From Methanolinea sp. (GTDB taxonomy: Archaea > Halobacteriota > Methanomicrobia > Methanomicrobiales > Methanospirillaceae): a stretch of DNA of 64,000 bases. Below, one piece after another: positions 40,386-50,791 of the stretch; the stretch's first letter is position 1, and every line of letters begins with the position of its first letter. The notes below the pieces were generated by a model, which saw nothing but the letters and a program-made list of their open reading frames with translations, did not search any database and was not told where the DNA came from. Made by a program: the position numbers and the translations under genes. The stretch covers positions 17,913 through 81,912 of the forward strand of contig JALOPW010000002.1 of NCBI GenBank assembly GCA_025453675.1, given 5' to 3'.

Positions 40386-41609
40386 ATGATGGTGCCCATC
40401 GGGACCTTAAAAGAGATAAAGCCGGAGGGCAGGACCATACTCCTCCGTCTGGATCTCAACTCCCCCATCGACCCCACCACGAAGCATATACTGGACGACA
40501 AGCGATTCAGGGAGCACATTCCCACCATCCAGGCCCTCTCACAGAGCCGGGTGGTGGTGGTCACCCACCAGAGCAGGCCTGGGAAGAAAGACTTCACCAC
40601 CCTGGAATCGCATGCCGAGAGGCTTGAGGTACTGCTCCAGCGGCGGGTCACGTACGTGGATGACATCTTCGGCCATTGCGCTCGTGACGCAGTTCGCAGC
40701 ATGAAGAATGGGGATGTCCTGGTCCTCGAAAATGTCCGGTTCAACGCCGAAGAGAACCTCACGGTGAAGCCCGAAGAGGCCCAGAAACTGTACCTGGTCA
40801 AAAAACTTGCCCAGATGGGAGACTTTTTTGTGAACGACGCCTTTGGCACCGCTCACCGTTCCCAGCCCACGGTGGTAGGGCTTCCCATGGTCATGCGATC
40901 GGTTGCAGGACTGCTGATGGAGAAGGAAGTCACCACCCTCACGCGAGTCTTCCAGAACGCCCCCCGCCCGGTCTGTATGGTACTCGGCGGGACCAAGGTG
41001 GATGACTCTATCTCTGTCGCCGCACACATGCTGAAAGGGAATACCGCCGATTCTATCATCATGACCGGCGTGGTGGCAAACATCTTTCTCTCTGCTGCAG
41101 GATTCGATATCGGCAAACCCTCCACCCAGTTGATCCAGCAGCTCAAGTACGGAGGGGAGATTACCAGGGCACGGGAGCTCCTCTCATCCTTCAGAGAGAA
41201 GATCCTTTTCCCTGATCACGTGGCAGTCAAGGAGAATGGAAAGAGGGCCGAGTACCCCGTCAGCGCCATTCCCCCTGACGCCCCGGTCATGGACGCAGGC
41301 ATGGACTCGATTGCCGCCCTCTCCGGGACCATCCGGAAATGCGGGACGGTCGTCTTCAATGGGCCTGCAGGGGTCTTCGAGGAGCCGGACTTCGCCACTG
41401 GGACGTACGAGCTCCTGCGGGCGGCATCGAAGGTGGAGTTCTCCATCATCGGCGGCGGCCACACCGCTGCGGTGGTGGAGAAGATGGGAATCGACCGGAA
41501 TTTCACCCACATCTCCACCGGCGGTGGGGCCTGCATAGAGTTCCTGACCGGGAAGAAACTCCCTGCCGTTCTGGCACTGGAGCGATCCCGCGAGCTGTTC
41601 GGGGCGTAA
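40386..41609 (+). CDS. pgk: Phosphoglycerate kinase
   Basis: RLDLNSP, HQSRPG, LENVRF, NDAFGTAHR, GGGH, HISTGGGA. Confidence 0.96.
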   Translation: MMVPIGTLKEIKPEGRTILLRLDLNSPIDPTTKHILDDKRFREHIPTIQALSQSRVVVVTHQSRPGKKDFTTLESHAERLEVLLQRRVTYVDDIFGHCARDAVRSMKNGDVLVLENVRFNAEENLTVKPEEAQKLYLVKKLAQMGDFFVNDAFGTAHRSQPTVVGLPMVMRSVAGLLMEKEVTTLTRVFQNAPRPVCMVLGGTKVDDSISVAAHMLKGNTADSIIMTGVVANIFLSAAGFDIGKPSTQLIQQLKYGGEITRARELLSSFREKILFPDHVAVKENGKRAEYPVSAIPPDAPVMDAGMDSIAALSGTIRKCGTVVFNGPAGVFEEPDFATGTYELLRAASKVEFSIIGGGHTAAVVEKMGIDRNFTHISTGGGACIEFLTGKKLPAVLALERSRELFGA

Positions 41610-41617
41610 AAAATCTG

Positions 41618-41644
41618 TTCCCTTTTTCGAAGGGGAATCTTTTT
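41618..41644 (+). terminator. Hairpin plus oligo-T terminator of the atp-pgk unit
   Basis: TTCCCTTTTTCGAAGGGGAA followed by TCTTTTT directly after the pgk stop. Confidence 0.55.
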
Positions 41645-41754
41645 CTCCCAGATACAACTGAGTGCAATACGCTTCACATTTGCACAATTGCATGTGACGA
41701 GAATATGGTCATCCCAAAGGGTTTTTTATGGTTGAATAAATATTGCGGGTCATA

Positions 41755-42108
41755 ATGAATCCATATACACTCAGGGTGATCGGTTCAGCCTTCCTCATTT
41801 GCGCCTTTGTCGGATTCGGGCATATAAGTGGGTATGGGGCAGGTTTTTCTTCAACAAAAATATCGCCACAATTAAGTGAAAAAATGGCAACATTTCAAAA
41901 CCCGGTATCAACGGATACAAATATCATCAATTCACTATCTGGCATAAAATCACTGATGGAACAGCCTGGAACACTTGGCGCCTTGATTTCCCTGCGCCAA
42001 ACTCGCGGCCTTATCTATGCATGCACCCCTGTTGACGGTGGGGGCATATTTTGTAAATGGGTGTATCCTGATCCCGAACTCAGGGGTGATCAGTTGCGGG
42101 GTTTGTGA
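41755..42108 (+). CDS. Hypothetical, possibly secreted small protein (AT-richer)
   Basis: N-terminal hydrophobic segment, C-terminal C-x9-C pair; AT-rich promoter-like sequence upstream. Confidence 0.45.
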   Translation: MNPYTLRVIGSAFLICAFVGFGHISGYGAGFSSTKISPQLSEKMATFQNPVSTDTNIINSLSGIKSLMEQPGTLGALISLRQTRGLIYACTPVDGGGIFCKWVYPDPELRGDQLRGL

Positions 42109-42122
42109 GATAAGATACAATA

Positions 42123-42308
42123 CCGCACTCCCCTTCGACGCTCCAGGGGCTCCGCTCCGCCGCTGAGGCTACCCCCCAATGCGATACCCCGAGTGCTGGG
42201 AACAAGTGTATGAGTGAAGAGAGCACCAGAAAACCCTGCCCAAAGGCTATCGCGTGTAAGGGGGAGGGAACGGGAGGGGGATTCTCCCCCTCCCGTCTAA
42301 GGATGAAT
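42123..42308 (+). repeat. Dispersed structured intergenic repeat, family A, copy 3
   Basis: CCGCACTCCCC..GACGCTCCAGGGGCTC...ATGCGATA..CCCGAGTGCTGG...CCCTGCCCA...GGGAGGGGGATTCTCCCCCTCCCGTCT..GATGAAT. Confidence 0.85.
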
Positions 42309-42450
42309 ATTTCACAAATTTGAGAGACAGGAGGGTCGGAAATGAAGCGACCGCCAGCACGCCCTGGGCTAAGGGCCTAATTCTTCGATAGAGTCAAAAG
42401 CCGTTGCCCTCTTACGGAAAAAAACAAAAAATTGAAGATCGGAGGTAGGA

Positions 42451-42924
42451 CTATTCCTCAACCGGTGCGGGCCGTGATGCCTGGGGTGGACGGGTGGAAT
42501 GCGTCTTCCTCCCCTGGACAGGCAGGTGAAAGGCGCGCAGCAGATTTCCCGGCTTCATCATGGCTCCTATCGCCGATGGGCTCCCGCTCCCCTTGTTCTT
42601 GGCTCGCATCAGGTTGTAGGTGGCTCCTGAGAATATCAACGCAGTGACCATGAAGAGGATCAGCCCGAACAGGGTGGCAATACCCGCAACGGTCAGGACC
42701 CTGGTCCCGGGGATGAGCATCCCCGCACCGGCGAGGTACATGGCCCAATAGAACGCAACCGCATACCTGGTGAATTCCTCCGGGCTCCAGATGCTCCGCT
42801 CCCTCTCCTCCTCATTCTCAACCGGGAACCTGTCGATGAGCATCCCCATGTGCAAGAGTATGAGACTGGAGAACAGGGAGAATATTCCCCCGAATATTAC
42901 GCCAAAGAACAGTATCTCATTCAC
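42451..42924 (-). CDS. Hypothetical membrane protein (3 TM)
   Basis: Hydrophobic segments; GGAGG RBS upstream. Confidence 0.6.
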   Translation of the reverse strand: MNEILFFGVIFGGIFSLFSSLILLHMGMLIDRFPVENEEERERSIWSPEEFTRYAVAFYWAMYLAGAGMLIPGTRVLTVAGIATLFGLILFMVTALIFSGATYNLMRAKNKGSGSPSAIGAMMKPGNLLRAFHLPVQGRKTHSTRPPQASRPAPVEE

Positions 42925-43078
42925 GGATTTCTGCCTCCACTACATTTTCATGGCCGGCGTTCCTATTTAAAGTATTCTTTATGTAATACTTATGGAAATT
43001 TGAGAGGAGACCGTATTCTATAAGTAATTCATTCGCTTTCGTAGCTTTTTTATACGAAGGAACTCCATTTCATTAGGA

Positions 43079-43387
43079 ATGGTAGATAGGGGAAATAACA
43101 AAAGGGGAGAGCGGGTGGCCGTTTCTTATAAAATGCCCCCAAATATCTACGAGAAAGTGAATCGACTCGTATACGAGGAGAAAAAATTTTCGACGGTCTC
43201 GGACTGCATTACCCAAGCATTAATATATTTCGTTGACAATCAGAACGATGTGGGACAGTTCAAAGAAAACCTCCATGAGTACCTGGCTTCTGATGAAGGG
43301 AAGGATTTCATGAAGCAGATAATGAAAGATCTCCTGGTCGATGTACTGACTGCCCAGCAGAAGATCGCAGCTGAAGAGCGAAGGTAA
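43079..43387 (+). CDS. Ribbon-helix-helix (CopG-like) DNA-binding protein
   Basis: VAVSYKMPP.IYEKVNRLV....FSTVSDCITQAL pattern. Confidence 0.7.
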   Translation: MVDRGNNKRGERVAVSYKMPPNIYEKVNRLVYEEKKFSTVSDCITQALIYFVDNQNDVGQFKENLHEYLASDEGKDFMKQIMKDLLVDVLTAQQKIAAEERR

Positions 43388-43580
43388 TACCTAAAGATTT
43401 CATTCATCATCACCCTGTCCTTCAAATGATTTTTCCGCACCAGGTAATCGTGTATTTCAACCTGGGTGCTGGTGTCCGCGTATTCCTGCGGGCATGAATC
43501 TGACATACCACACGGGGTTCCATGCGGTCCTTATACGGGAGAAGAATATTCTTGTGCCATTCCGAACAATTCCTCTCCTC

Positions 43581-45254
43581 ATGGAAGATCCATCCTCCCC
43601 TGAAGATCTCATCGAACCAGCTCTCGGTCACATACCGGCTGACACGGTTTTCACCAACGCCTGTATCTATGATCCCTTCACCTGCGGCTGGATTGAGACG
43701 GATCTTGCGGTGGCATCCGGAAGGGTTGTCGGCCTTGGCAGCCATTACAGGGGCAGGAATACCTGCGACCTGAAAGGGAGGAGAGTGGTGCCCGGCCTGA
43801 TCGATGCCCATGTACATATCGAGAGTTCCCTCCTGGCGCCGGCAGAGTATGCACAGGTGGTGGCCATGCATGGCACCACTACTGTGATAGCAGATCCCCA
43901 TGAAATTGCCAATGTCTGCGGAGAGGAGGGGCTCGAATTTATGCTGAAAGAGCGAGAGGGGCTCCCCGTGGACATATTCATCATGCTCCCCTCATGCGTC
44001 CCGGCGACTCCGCTTGACCGCGGTGGAGCAGAACTATCCGCAAAGGACCTGCTACGGTTCATCGGCCGGAAAGGAGTGCTCGGCCTGGGAGAGGTGATGA
44101 ACGTCCCGGGAGTGCTGAAGCACGACCCCGAAGTATGGGAGAAACTATCCCTTTTTACTCTCAGAGACGGCCATGCGCCGCTCCTCTCGGGTCCTGAACT
44201 CAATGCCTACATCTGTGCCGGGATACAGAGCGATCACGAGTGCACCCGGAGGGAGGAGGCCGGGGAGAAACTGATCAGGGGCATGTTCATATTTATCAGG
44301 GAAGGTTCTACAGAGAAAAACCTCCATGAGCTCATCACCCTGGCGAACCCCTGTACCGCTCCGCGAATGGCGTTTGCCACCGACGACCGCCATGCGGACA
44401 TGCTCGTTCATGAAGGGCATATAGACGATTGCATCAGGAAATCACTCCAATATGGCCTTGATCTCGAGACTGCCCTTCGCATGGCAACCCTCTCCGCGGC
44501 AGACCGGTTCTGCCTGATTGACAGGGGTGCACTGGCCCCCGGAAGGCAGGCGGATTTCTGCGTGCTGGAAACGGGGAAACCTTTCATTGTCGACAGAACC
44601 TTTAAATCCGGAACCCTGGTCAATCCAGCGAGCAGGAGAAAACCACGAATCATTGCATCGCCCATGATAGCCAGAATCCCGACACCGGGAGACCTGTCGA
44701 TCAGGGGAACCGGGAAGGCCCGGGTAATCGGGGTTGTACCTCATCAGATCCTGACTGATAACCTGGAATATGAGGTGGACAGTGCGGGGATCCCGGACCT
44801 GGACCGGGATATTCTGAAGGTGGTGGTCTGCAGTCGCTACCGTGAGGGGATAAGGGGCCTCGGACTCGTGCATGGTTTTGGCCTGGAGAGGGGTGCAATA
44901 GCAGGGAGTGTCTCCCACGATGCACACAACCTTGTGGCGGTGGGAGCAGATGACAGGGCTATCAGGGATGTCCTTGCCGGGATCGTCCAGGCAGGAGGCG
45001 GCATGGCGGTGGCAGGTCCCGGGAGCCTCGACCTGCTTCCCCTGGACTGTGCCGGCCTGATGTCCTCGCTCCCGGCCGAGGACGTGGCAGAAAGGCTGCA
45101 TACGCTGAATACCAGGGCAGAGGAACTGGGGGCAATCCCAGGAGCGTTCATGTACTTATCGTTCCTGGCTCTCACCGTGATACCCCATCTCCGGATCACT
45201 GAAAGGGGGATGTTCGATGCAGACACGTTCCAGGATGTCCCACTCTTCATGTGA
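43581..45254 (+). CDS. ade: Adenine deaminase
   Basis: PGLIDAHVHIESS, ADPHEIANV, DGHAP, SDHEC, TDD, SHDAHN; start ATG 43581 (GTG 43554 possible). Confidence 0.95.
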   Translation: MEDPSSPEDLIEPALGHIPADTVFTNACIYDPFTCGWIETDLAVASGRVVGLGSHYRGRNTCDLKGRRVVPGLIDAHVHIESSLLAPAEYAQVVAMHGTTTVIADPHEIANVCGEEGLEFMLKEREGLPVDIFIMLPSCVPATPLDRGGAELSAKDLLRFIGRKGVLGLGEVMNVPGVLKHDPEVWEKLSLFTLRDGHAPLLSGPELNAYICAGIQSDHECTRREEAGEKLIRGMFIFIREGSTEKNLHELITLANPCTAPRMAFATDDRHADMLVHEGHIDDCIRKSLQYGLDLETALRMATLSAADRFCLIDRGALAPGRQADFCVLETGKPFIVDRTFKSGTLVNPASRRKPRIIASPMIARIPTPGDLSIRGTGKARVIGVVPHQILTDNLEYEVDSAGIPDLDRDILKVVVCSRYREGIRGLGLVHGFGLERGAIAGSVSHDAHNLVAVGADDRAIRDVLAGIVQAGGGMAVAGPGSLDLLPLDCAGLMSSLPAEDVAERLHTLNTRAEELGAIPGAFMYLSFLALTVIPHLRITERGMFDADTFQDVPLFM

Positions 45255-45399
45255 GGAGGCAGAATCAACTCCTGCTTGACATGGGTGCATTGTCCCGTCA
45301 GCGGAGAAAAAATGAAAATATTGCCGGTCTCAATGAAAGGATTAAGTAAATAGAGTAGAAAAGGTGTTCTAGGCAAGGGGATTCATTACCGGGGACACC

Positions 45400-46728
45400 A
45401 TGATATCGATTCTTTTTATCGATGACGAACCGGCCCTCCTGGAGATCACCCGGCTCTTCCTGGAGCGGTCCGGCGAGCTCAGGGTGGAGACCTGCAGGTC
45501 CGCCCTGGAAGCACTGGATCTTTTAAAATCCCGATCATTCGATGTGATAGTCTCCGACTACGAGATGCCCATGATGGATGGAATCGTCCTCCTCAAGATC
45601 CTCCGTGCAGAAGGAGATATCACCCCATTCATCATCTTTACCGGCAAGGGGAGAGAACACGTGGTGGTGGAGGCCTTAAACAACCGGGCAGACTTTTACC
45701 TCTCCAAGGGCCAGGATCCCAAAGCGCAGTTTGCAGAGCTGGACCGGATGATCCGGCAGGCCATCAATCGCAGGGCTGCAGAAGAGTCAATCCGCCTCGC
45801 TGACCGCAGGATGGTGGATATCATCAACCACCTCCCTGATGCAACTTTTGCAATAGACAGGGAGGGAAAGGTGATCTCCTGGAACAAAGCCATGGAAGAT
45901 CTGACCGGACTACCTGCAGAAGAGATGATAGGCAAGGGCAATTACGAGTACGCCCTCCCCTTCTATGGCACAAAAAGACCCCTCCTGATTGATCTGATCA
46001 ACAGTTCCGAAGACGAGATACGTGCGCTCTCCTACCAGAATATCCGGAAAGACGGCAATTCCCTCATCGCTGAAAACCCAACCGGGAAACGAAACGGTAA
46101 ACCTGCGGTCCTCTGGTCAAGATCTACACTGATCACTGACCGGAAGGGCAATGTCATCGGGGCTATCGAGTCCATACGTGACATTACAGATATCCGTAAA
46201 GTGGAGGGTGAGCAAAAAGCCCAGATAGCCAGAGAAAAAGAGACGGGGATGTTCGACCGTATCTTCGGGAAATCTACTGCCAGCTGGTACAAAAAAGGAG
46301 TGGACCTCTACTACAAGCAGGGAAAATTCCAGGATGCAATCGAATGTTTCGACCGGGTTATCGAGATGGACCCCTCCCACGTCGAGGCGTGGAGAGAGAA
46401 AGGGATATGTTTGAAAGAGCTTGGGCGGTATGAAGAGGCATTGCAGTGTTTCAACCGTGCCCTGGAGTTGAACGGAAAGAGCCCTGACGCATACTATGCC
46501 AAAGGAGAGACCCTGGAGAAGCTCGGGAAAGAGAACGGCGATTTCTCCCTCTTTGAACAGGCAATCGCCTGTTTCGACACGGTCCTGCAGAAAGAACCGG
46601 ACAATGTGAATGCCTGGAACTACCGTGGCGTCTGCCTTAAGGAACTTGGAAAATCCGAAGAAGCCCGGCGCTCTTTTGATAAAGCGCAGACCATATTGCG
46701 TATGAATACCCAGAAAACCCACCGCTGA
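45400..46728 (+). CDS. Response regulator: REC-PAS-TPR
   Basis: IDDEP, VSDYEMP, FTGKG, K; PAS (PDATFAID...WN); TPR repeats (AW..KG..L..LGRY.EA). Confidence 0.9.
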   Translation: MISILFIDDEPALLEITRLFLERSGELRVETCRSALEALDLLKSRSFDVIVSDYEMPMMDGIVLLKILRAEGDITPFIIFTGKGREHVVVEALNNRADFYLSKGQDPKAQFAELDRMIRQAINRRAAEESIRLADRRMVDIINHLPDATFAIDREGKVISWNKAMEDLTGLPAEEMIGKGNYEYALPFYGTKRPLLIDLINSSEDEIRALSYQNIRKDGNSLIAENPTGKRNGKPAVLWSRSTLITDRKGNVIGAIESIRDITDIRKVEGEQKAQIAREKETGMFDRIFGKSTASWYKKGVDLYYKQGKFQDAIECFDRVIEMDPSHVEAWREKGICLKELGRYEEALQCFNRALELNGKSPDAYYAKGETLEKLGKENGDFSLFEQAIACFDTVLQKEPDNVNAWNYRGVCLKELGKSEEARRSFDKAQTILRMNTQKTHR

Positions 46729-46770
46729 TCCGCCATTTTTCCCGAATGAAACTGGCTGCGCCATTTTAAC

Positions 46771-46804
46771 ATGAAAATCGCATCCGCGGTTTTCATCAGG
46801 AGGG
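46771..46804. repeat. Palindromic repeat, family B, copy 1
   Basis: ATGAAAATCGC-ATCC-GCGGTTTTCAT-CAGGAGGG; 33/34 identical to 55407-55440. Confidence 0.8.
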
Positions 46805-46970
46805 TTCTGTGAACGTAAGTTATCATGAGCGTTTCATGAATGTGTATGCATGTGTCTCGAAGCGAATCATATGGATTTTCCATCGACACTCCCTCACTGA
46901 TTCCTCTTTTTGAGAGATACCTCATATTTAAAAGGGAAAAGGGCAATATCATGGTGAACGTGAGCATGCA

Positions 46971-48818
46971 ATGAACCGGGAGAGCACTTCAGATGTGGCC
47001 ATAAGCCCCAGAATTCAGGTGATCCTCCTCGTTTTGGTCACGGGTATTGTATTCGTTGCCTATATCGCAGGGACCTTTCTTGGCCTCTCAGTCATCACCA
47101 CTTTCCTTTTTTACTTCCCCATTATACTGGCTGCCTACTGGTTTCCCCGCCGTGGTGTGCTCTTCTCGGTGGCAGTGGGGATAATGGAAGTATTCTTTAT
47201 CTACCTCTACCAGTACCCAAGCCTCCCTGATATCACCTTTGCAGTCACCACTGCAAGTTTTTACGTGCTTGTGGCCATCGCGGTAGTCATCTCCTCTCTC
47301 TCCGGTGGGCTCAAAGAGAGGGAAGCACGTTACCGGGGGATCTTTCACAGTTCAGAAGCAGGAATATTTCTGGTCCAGAACGGTGATTCGGACCTGCGGA
47401 TAGAAGAAGTCAACCCCCGGGGGGGCGCCATCCTGGGTTGCCATGCCGCGGACCTCAAAGGAGAGAGTCTTGCACTCTTCTGGAAAGACGAGCATACAAA
47501 AAACTCCCTCATGCAGGCCATGGGAGAGGGGGGTCCCGTTCCGCAGATGGAGAGCGTGATGACCAGGACGAATGGGGCGAATGTCCCTGTCCTCATCTCC
47601 GGATCCAGGCTTCCTGGAAGGATGATGGTTCTCACAGTGATAGATATCTCTGCCCGAAAAGCGCAGGAAGAGGAGTTAAAGGCCCGGAACCAGCAGCTCT
47701 CCACCATCAACCGGGTGATTGCGGAGGCTTCCGCCGCCACGGGGGTGGAAGGGATGGGCCAGAGAGTACTCGTGAATATGTCGGAATACCTGGGATGCGA
47801 ATTCGGGGGAATCTCCCTGTATGAAGAGGGATCATCCCGTATCAGCAGCCGGGTTCACCATGGTAATGATGTCCTTTTTCAGAACCTCATGGATTCTGAT
47901 GAGGAATCCGCCATAGAATGGAAGACGGCCATACGGGAAGGGAAGCCCCTTGCATGGAGAGGAGCGCCCGGACTCTGTGGCGATGTTCCGCATGCAGGAA
48001 TCGTAGTCCCGCTGAAAAGCGGAAATGGGGTTCTTGGGGTCATGTATTTCCTCTCCTGCGGCGGTTGGATATGTTCAAAGGACCAGCAACAGACTGTAGA
48101 ATCCCTGGCAACGGAGATTGGGACCGCCGTGACCCGCCTGATGCTCGCCCAGAGGATTGTGGAGACCAATCAGCAGGCAAATCTCTACCTGGATATCCTT
48201 ATGCATGATATCAATAACGCCAACCTGGCCTCGCTCTGGTATGGGGATCTCCTCCAGGAGATGCTCAACGGTGAAGAGAGGGTTATGGCCAGGAAGATGA
48301 TCGAGGGAATCCGAAAGAGCAGGGAGATCATCCATAACCTTGAAACCATCAGGAAGATCCAGGTGCGGAAGAACGAACTAAAGTCAATCAGCCTGGATAC
48401 TGCTATCCTGAAAGAAATTCGTCTCTTTCCCGATGCACATATCGAGTATCAGCCAGGCGGGGTACATGTGTGGGCCGATGATCTCCTTGGCGAGATATTC
48501 AACAACCTCATTGGAAACAGCATCAAGTTTGGTGGTCCCGTAGTAAAGGTCACCATATCAGTTGACACGACAGAGCCGGAGACGGTGAAAGTATCTGTCT
48601 CTGATACAGGCCCTGGAATTCCTGATGACCTGAAAAAAGTGATATTCAGGCGGTTCACACAGGCGGACCAGCAGAATTCCGGCAAGGGGCTGGGGCTCTA
48701 CATCGTAAAGACCCTTCTCGAACGATATGGAGGAGCGATATCGGTTGCCGACCGTATCCCCGGAGACCATTCACAGGGGGCGGTCTTTTACATGACCCTT
48801 CAACGCGCACATCCCTGA
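46971..48818 (+). CDS. Membrane sensor histidine kinase (TM-PAS-GAF-HisKA-HATPase)
   Basis: H-box DILMHDINN, N-box NLIGNSIKF, DTGPGIP, GKGLGL. Confidence 0.92.
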   Translation: MNRESTSDVAISPRIQVILLVLVTGIVFVAYIAGTFLGLSVITTFLFYFPIILAAYWFPRRGVLFSVAVGIMEVFFIYLYQYPSLPDITFAVTTASFYVLVAIAVVISSLSGGLKEREARYRGIFHSSEAGIFLVQNGDSDLRIEEVNPRGGAILGCHAADLKGESLALFWKDEHTKNSLMQAMGEGGPVPQMESVMTRTNGANVPVLISGSRLPGRMMVLTVIDISARKAQEEELKARNQQLSTINRVIAEASAATGVEGMGQRVLVNMSEYLGCEFGGISLYEEGSSRISSRVHHGNDVLFQNLMDSDEESAIEWKTAIREGKPLAWRGAPGLCGDVPHAGIVVPLKSGNGVLGVMYFLSCGGWICSKDQQQTVESLATEIGTAVTRLMLAQRIVETNQQANLYLDILMHDINNANLASLWYGDLLQEMLNGEERVMARKMIEGIRKSREIIHNLETIRKIQVRKNELKSISLDTAILKEIRLFPDAHIEYQPGGVHVWADDLLGEIFNNLIGNSIKFGGPVVKVTISVDTTEPETVKVSVSDTGPGIPDDLKKVIFRRFTQADQQNSGKGLGLYIVKTLLERYGGAISVADRIPGDHSQGAVFYMTLQRAHP

Positions 48819-48829
48819 ACGCATCCCTC

Positions 48830-49681
48830 CTATCCCAGTGGAAGTCCCAGGGGAGAGTAGAATTGGGAGATAACGAAGAGAAGTGCAGGCTGGTGAACGA
48901 GATATATCGCCAGTGAATGCCTGCCGAGGAGGCATACGCCCTCTTTTCCTGGCAGGTGATTGATAGGGAGGGGGCACTTCCTCACGCCCCGCGGGTAGAG
49001 CATGTGACCTATCCACACGCCGATAAGCACCACCCCGAACCACGGAAATACGGGGGTGTAGTCAAGGCTGGCGAAACCTGCAGGGTGTACACCCAGCCAC
49101 ACCAGCCATATTGGGCCCAAAATGCCACTGATGCCAAAGCCGACTGCAATCACCGCAAGTCCTGCAAAGAGATTTTCCCAGGCGAAGCGCAGGTAAAGGG
49201 GAGCCAGCATCACCGAGAGACCGATAAGGTGGAGGATCCCGAACAGTATGGGTTCTCCCGGGACCATCACCAGGGTCACTCCGGTGATTATACATCCCAA
49301 TCCTATGATCCCGGCCCCCCTGCACAGGTATTTCATGAGAAAAGATCGTCGATCAAGAGTCTTCTGTGCCCTTGCCCCACTGAGGGTAAGTGAGAGGCCG
49401 ACCAGGAGAAGGAAGAGGGAGGCCGTGCACACTGCCAGGAGTTTCCACGGACCTGAATGGACATCAGCGTCCCAGATTCCAAAGTATGCCAGGTCGAAGC
49501 CCGCATGGAAGACGACCATCATGACCACCGCGATCCCCCGGCAATAGTCAATCTCCCAGAACCGTTGTGGGAATGGTCCCGGTCGTGTCCATACTCCTGG
49601 AACAAGATGCAATATATCCACGGTCTCTTCACACTCTTTGGCGGGGGAGAGCAAAATATCAATCATTAATTCCTCCCCCAT
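48830..49681 (-). CDS. DUF1624 / heparan-alpha-glucosaminide N-acetyltransferase-like membrane protein
   Basis: RFWEIDYCRGIA..MMVVFH, FGILH, DY.P.FPWFG, LGRHSL.IYL.HQP; start uncertain. Confidence 0.85.
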   Translation of the reverse strand: MGEELMIDILLSPAKECEETVDILHLVPGVWTRPGPFPQRFWEIDYCRGIAVVMMVVFHAGFDLAYFGIWDADVHSGPWKLLAVCTASLFLLLVGLSLTLSGARAQKTLDRRSFLMKYLCRGAGIIGLGCIITGVTLVMVPGEPILFGILHLIGLSVMLAPLYLRFAWENLFAGLAVIAVGFGISGILGPIWLVWLGVHPAGFASLDYTPVFPWFGVVLIGVWIGHMLYPRGVRKCPLPINHLPGKEGVCLLGRHSLAIYLVHQPALLFVISQFYSPLGLPLG

Positions 49682-49754
49682 ACAATAACCAATCTGGGGA
49701 GCCTGTTACCCGGAGGGTAGGCAGGGAAAAAACCCTTATACAGGAGCATTTACC

Positions 49755-50336
49755 ATGATTGACAGACTGCTTGAAGGAAACAAGAAGTTCAGGGAGGGCT
49801 TTTTCAAAGAGAACCAGGCACACTACCAGGAACTCACCAAGGGTCAGAGCCCCACGGTGCTCTGGATTGGGTGCTCTGACTCGAGACTTCAGACTGGCCA
49901 CATCACCCAGGCAATGCCTGGCACCCTCTTCATGCACCGGAACATCGGGAATGTCGCGCCTCTCCATGACTGGAATTTTGCGACGGTGCTTGAGTATGCC
50001 ATCCGGCACCTGAAGGTGAAGGACATCGTAATCTGTGGCCACTCGGACTGCGGGGCTATCAAGGCACTTGACAAAGAGACGGATGACGTATATATCCCGC
50101 TCTGGCTCAACAATGCAGTCGAGGCGAAGACCCGCGTTGATGCAAAGATACCAACACCGAAAACACCGGAGGCTGCGAAAGAGCGCTCCCGGATGATCGA
50201 GATGGAGAATATCAGGTTACAGATCGAGCATCTCAAGCGTTATCCCGTGGTGAAAAAAGCTCTTGAAGAGAAGAAGATCCAAATCCACGGGCTATATTAC
50301 AACCTTGACAATGGGGAACTCTCCAGGGTCACCTGA
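49755..50336 (+). CDS. Beta-class carbonic anhydrase
   Basis: GQSP..LWIGCSDSR, RNIGN, GHSDCGA zinc ligands. Confidence 0.95.
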   Translation: MIDRLLEGNKKFREGFFKENQAHYQELTKGQSPTVLWIGCSDSRLQTGHITQAMPGTLFMHRNIGNVAPLHDWNFATVLEYAIRHLKVKDIVICGHSDCGAIKALDKETDDVYIPLWLNNAVEAKTRVDAKIPTPKTPEAAKERSRMIEMENIRLQIEHLKRYPVVKKALEEKKIQIHGLYYNLDNGELSRVT

Positions 50337-50676
50337 AAGAGAGGATCTTCTCGGTCTCTTTTTGCATCATCGGCAGCGATATACGGCCCATCGGGATCAG
50401 TTTTCCATTCATCACCACAAACGGGATGGGGGGGTAGTGGGTGGCGATGATTTCCCTGATATGTTCGGGCATGTCTTCATCGATCAGTACCAGCCTCATC
50501 TCAATACCTGAACCGAACTGCTTCATGAGCTCCTTTTTTAAGGCTTCAAACGCGGGAACCAGTTTACCCGTAGGGTGGCAGTCATACAGTCCGCAGGTGC
50601 GTGTCATATCGCAGGGAAAGGGAGAGCAGGTGGAGTCCTTGAGTCCCACCACTTCAATTGAGATGGTCTCTGCCAT
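50329..50676 (-). CDS. Hypothetical thioredoxin-fold-like protein with four clustered Cys
   Basis: C-x4-C-x5-C-x4-C; cis-Pro-like PIPFVVMNGK. Confidence 0.6.
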   Translation of the reverse strand: MAETISIEVVGLKDSTCSPFPCDMTRTCGLYDCHPTGKLVPAFEALKKELMKQFGSGIEMRLVLIDEDMPEHIREIIATHYPPIPFVVMNGKLIPMGRISLPMMQKETEKILSFR

Positions 50677-50791
50677 GCTATACAGGTTGGAAAAGTATCC
50701 TACATTAGTGTACGCTAGGTGCCAGCATACTCCCTGTCACCGTTGCATGGATCCCGCCCGGGGGAGATCTATTGCCTGCCCTGAAACGAGA

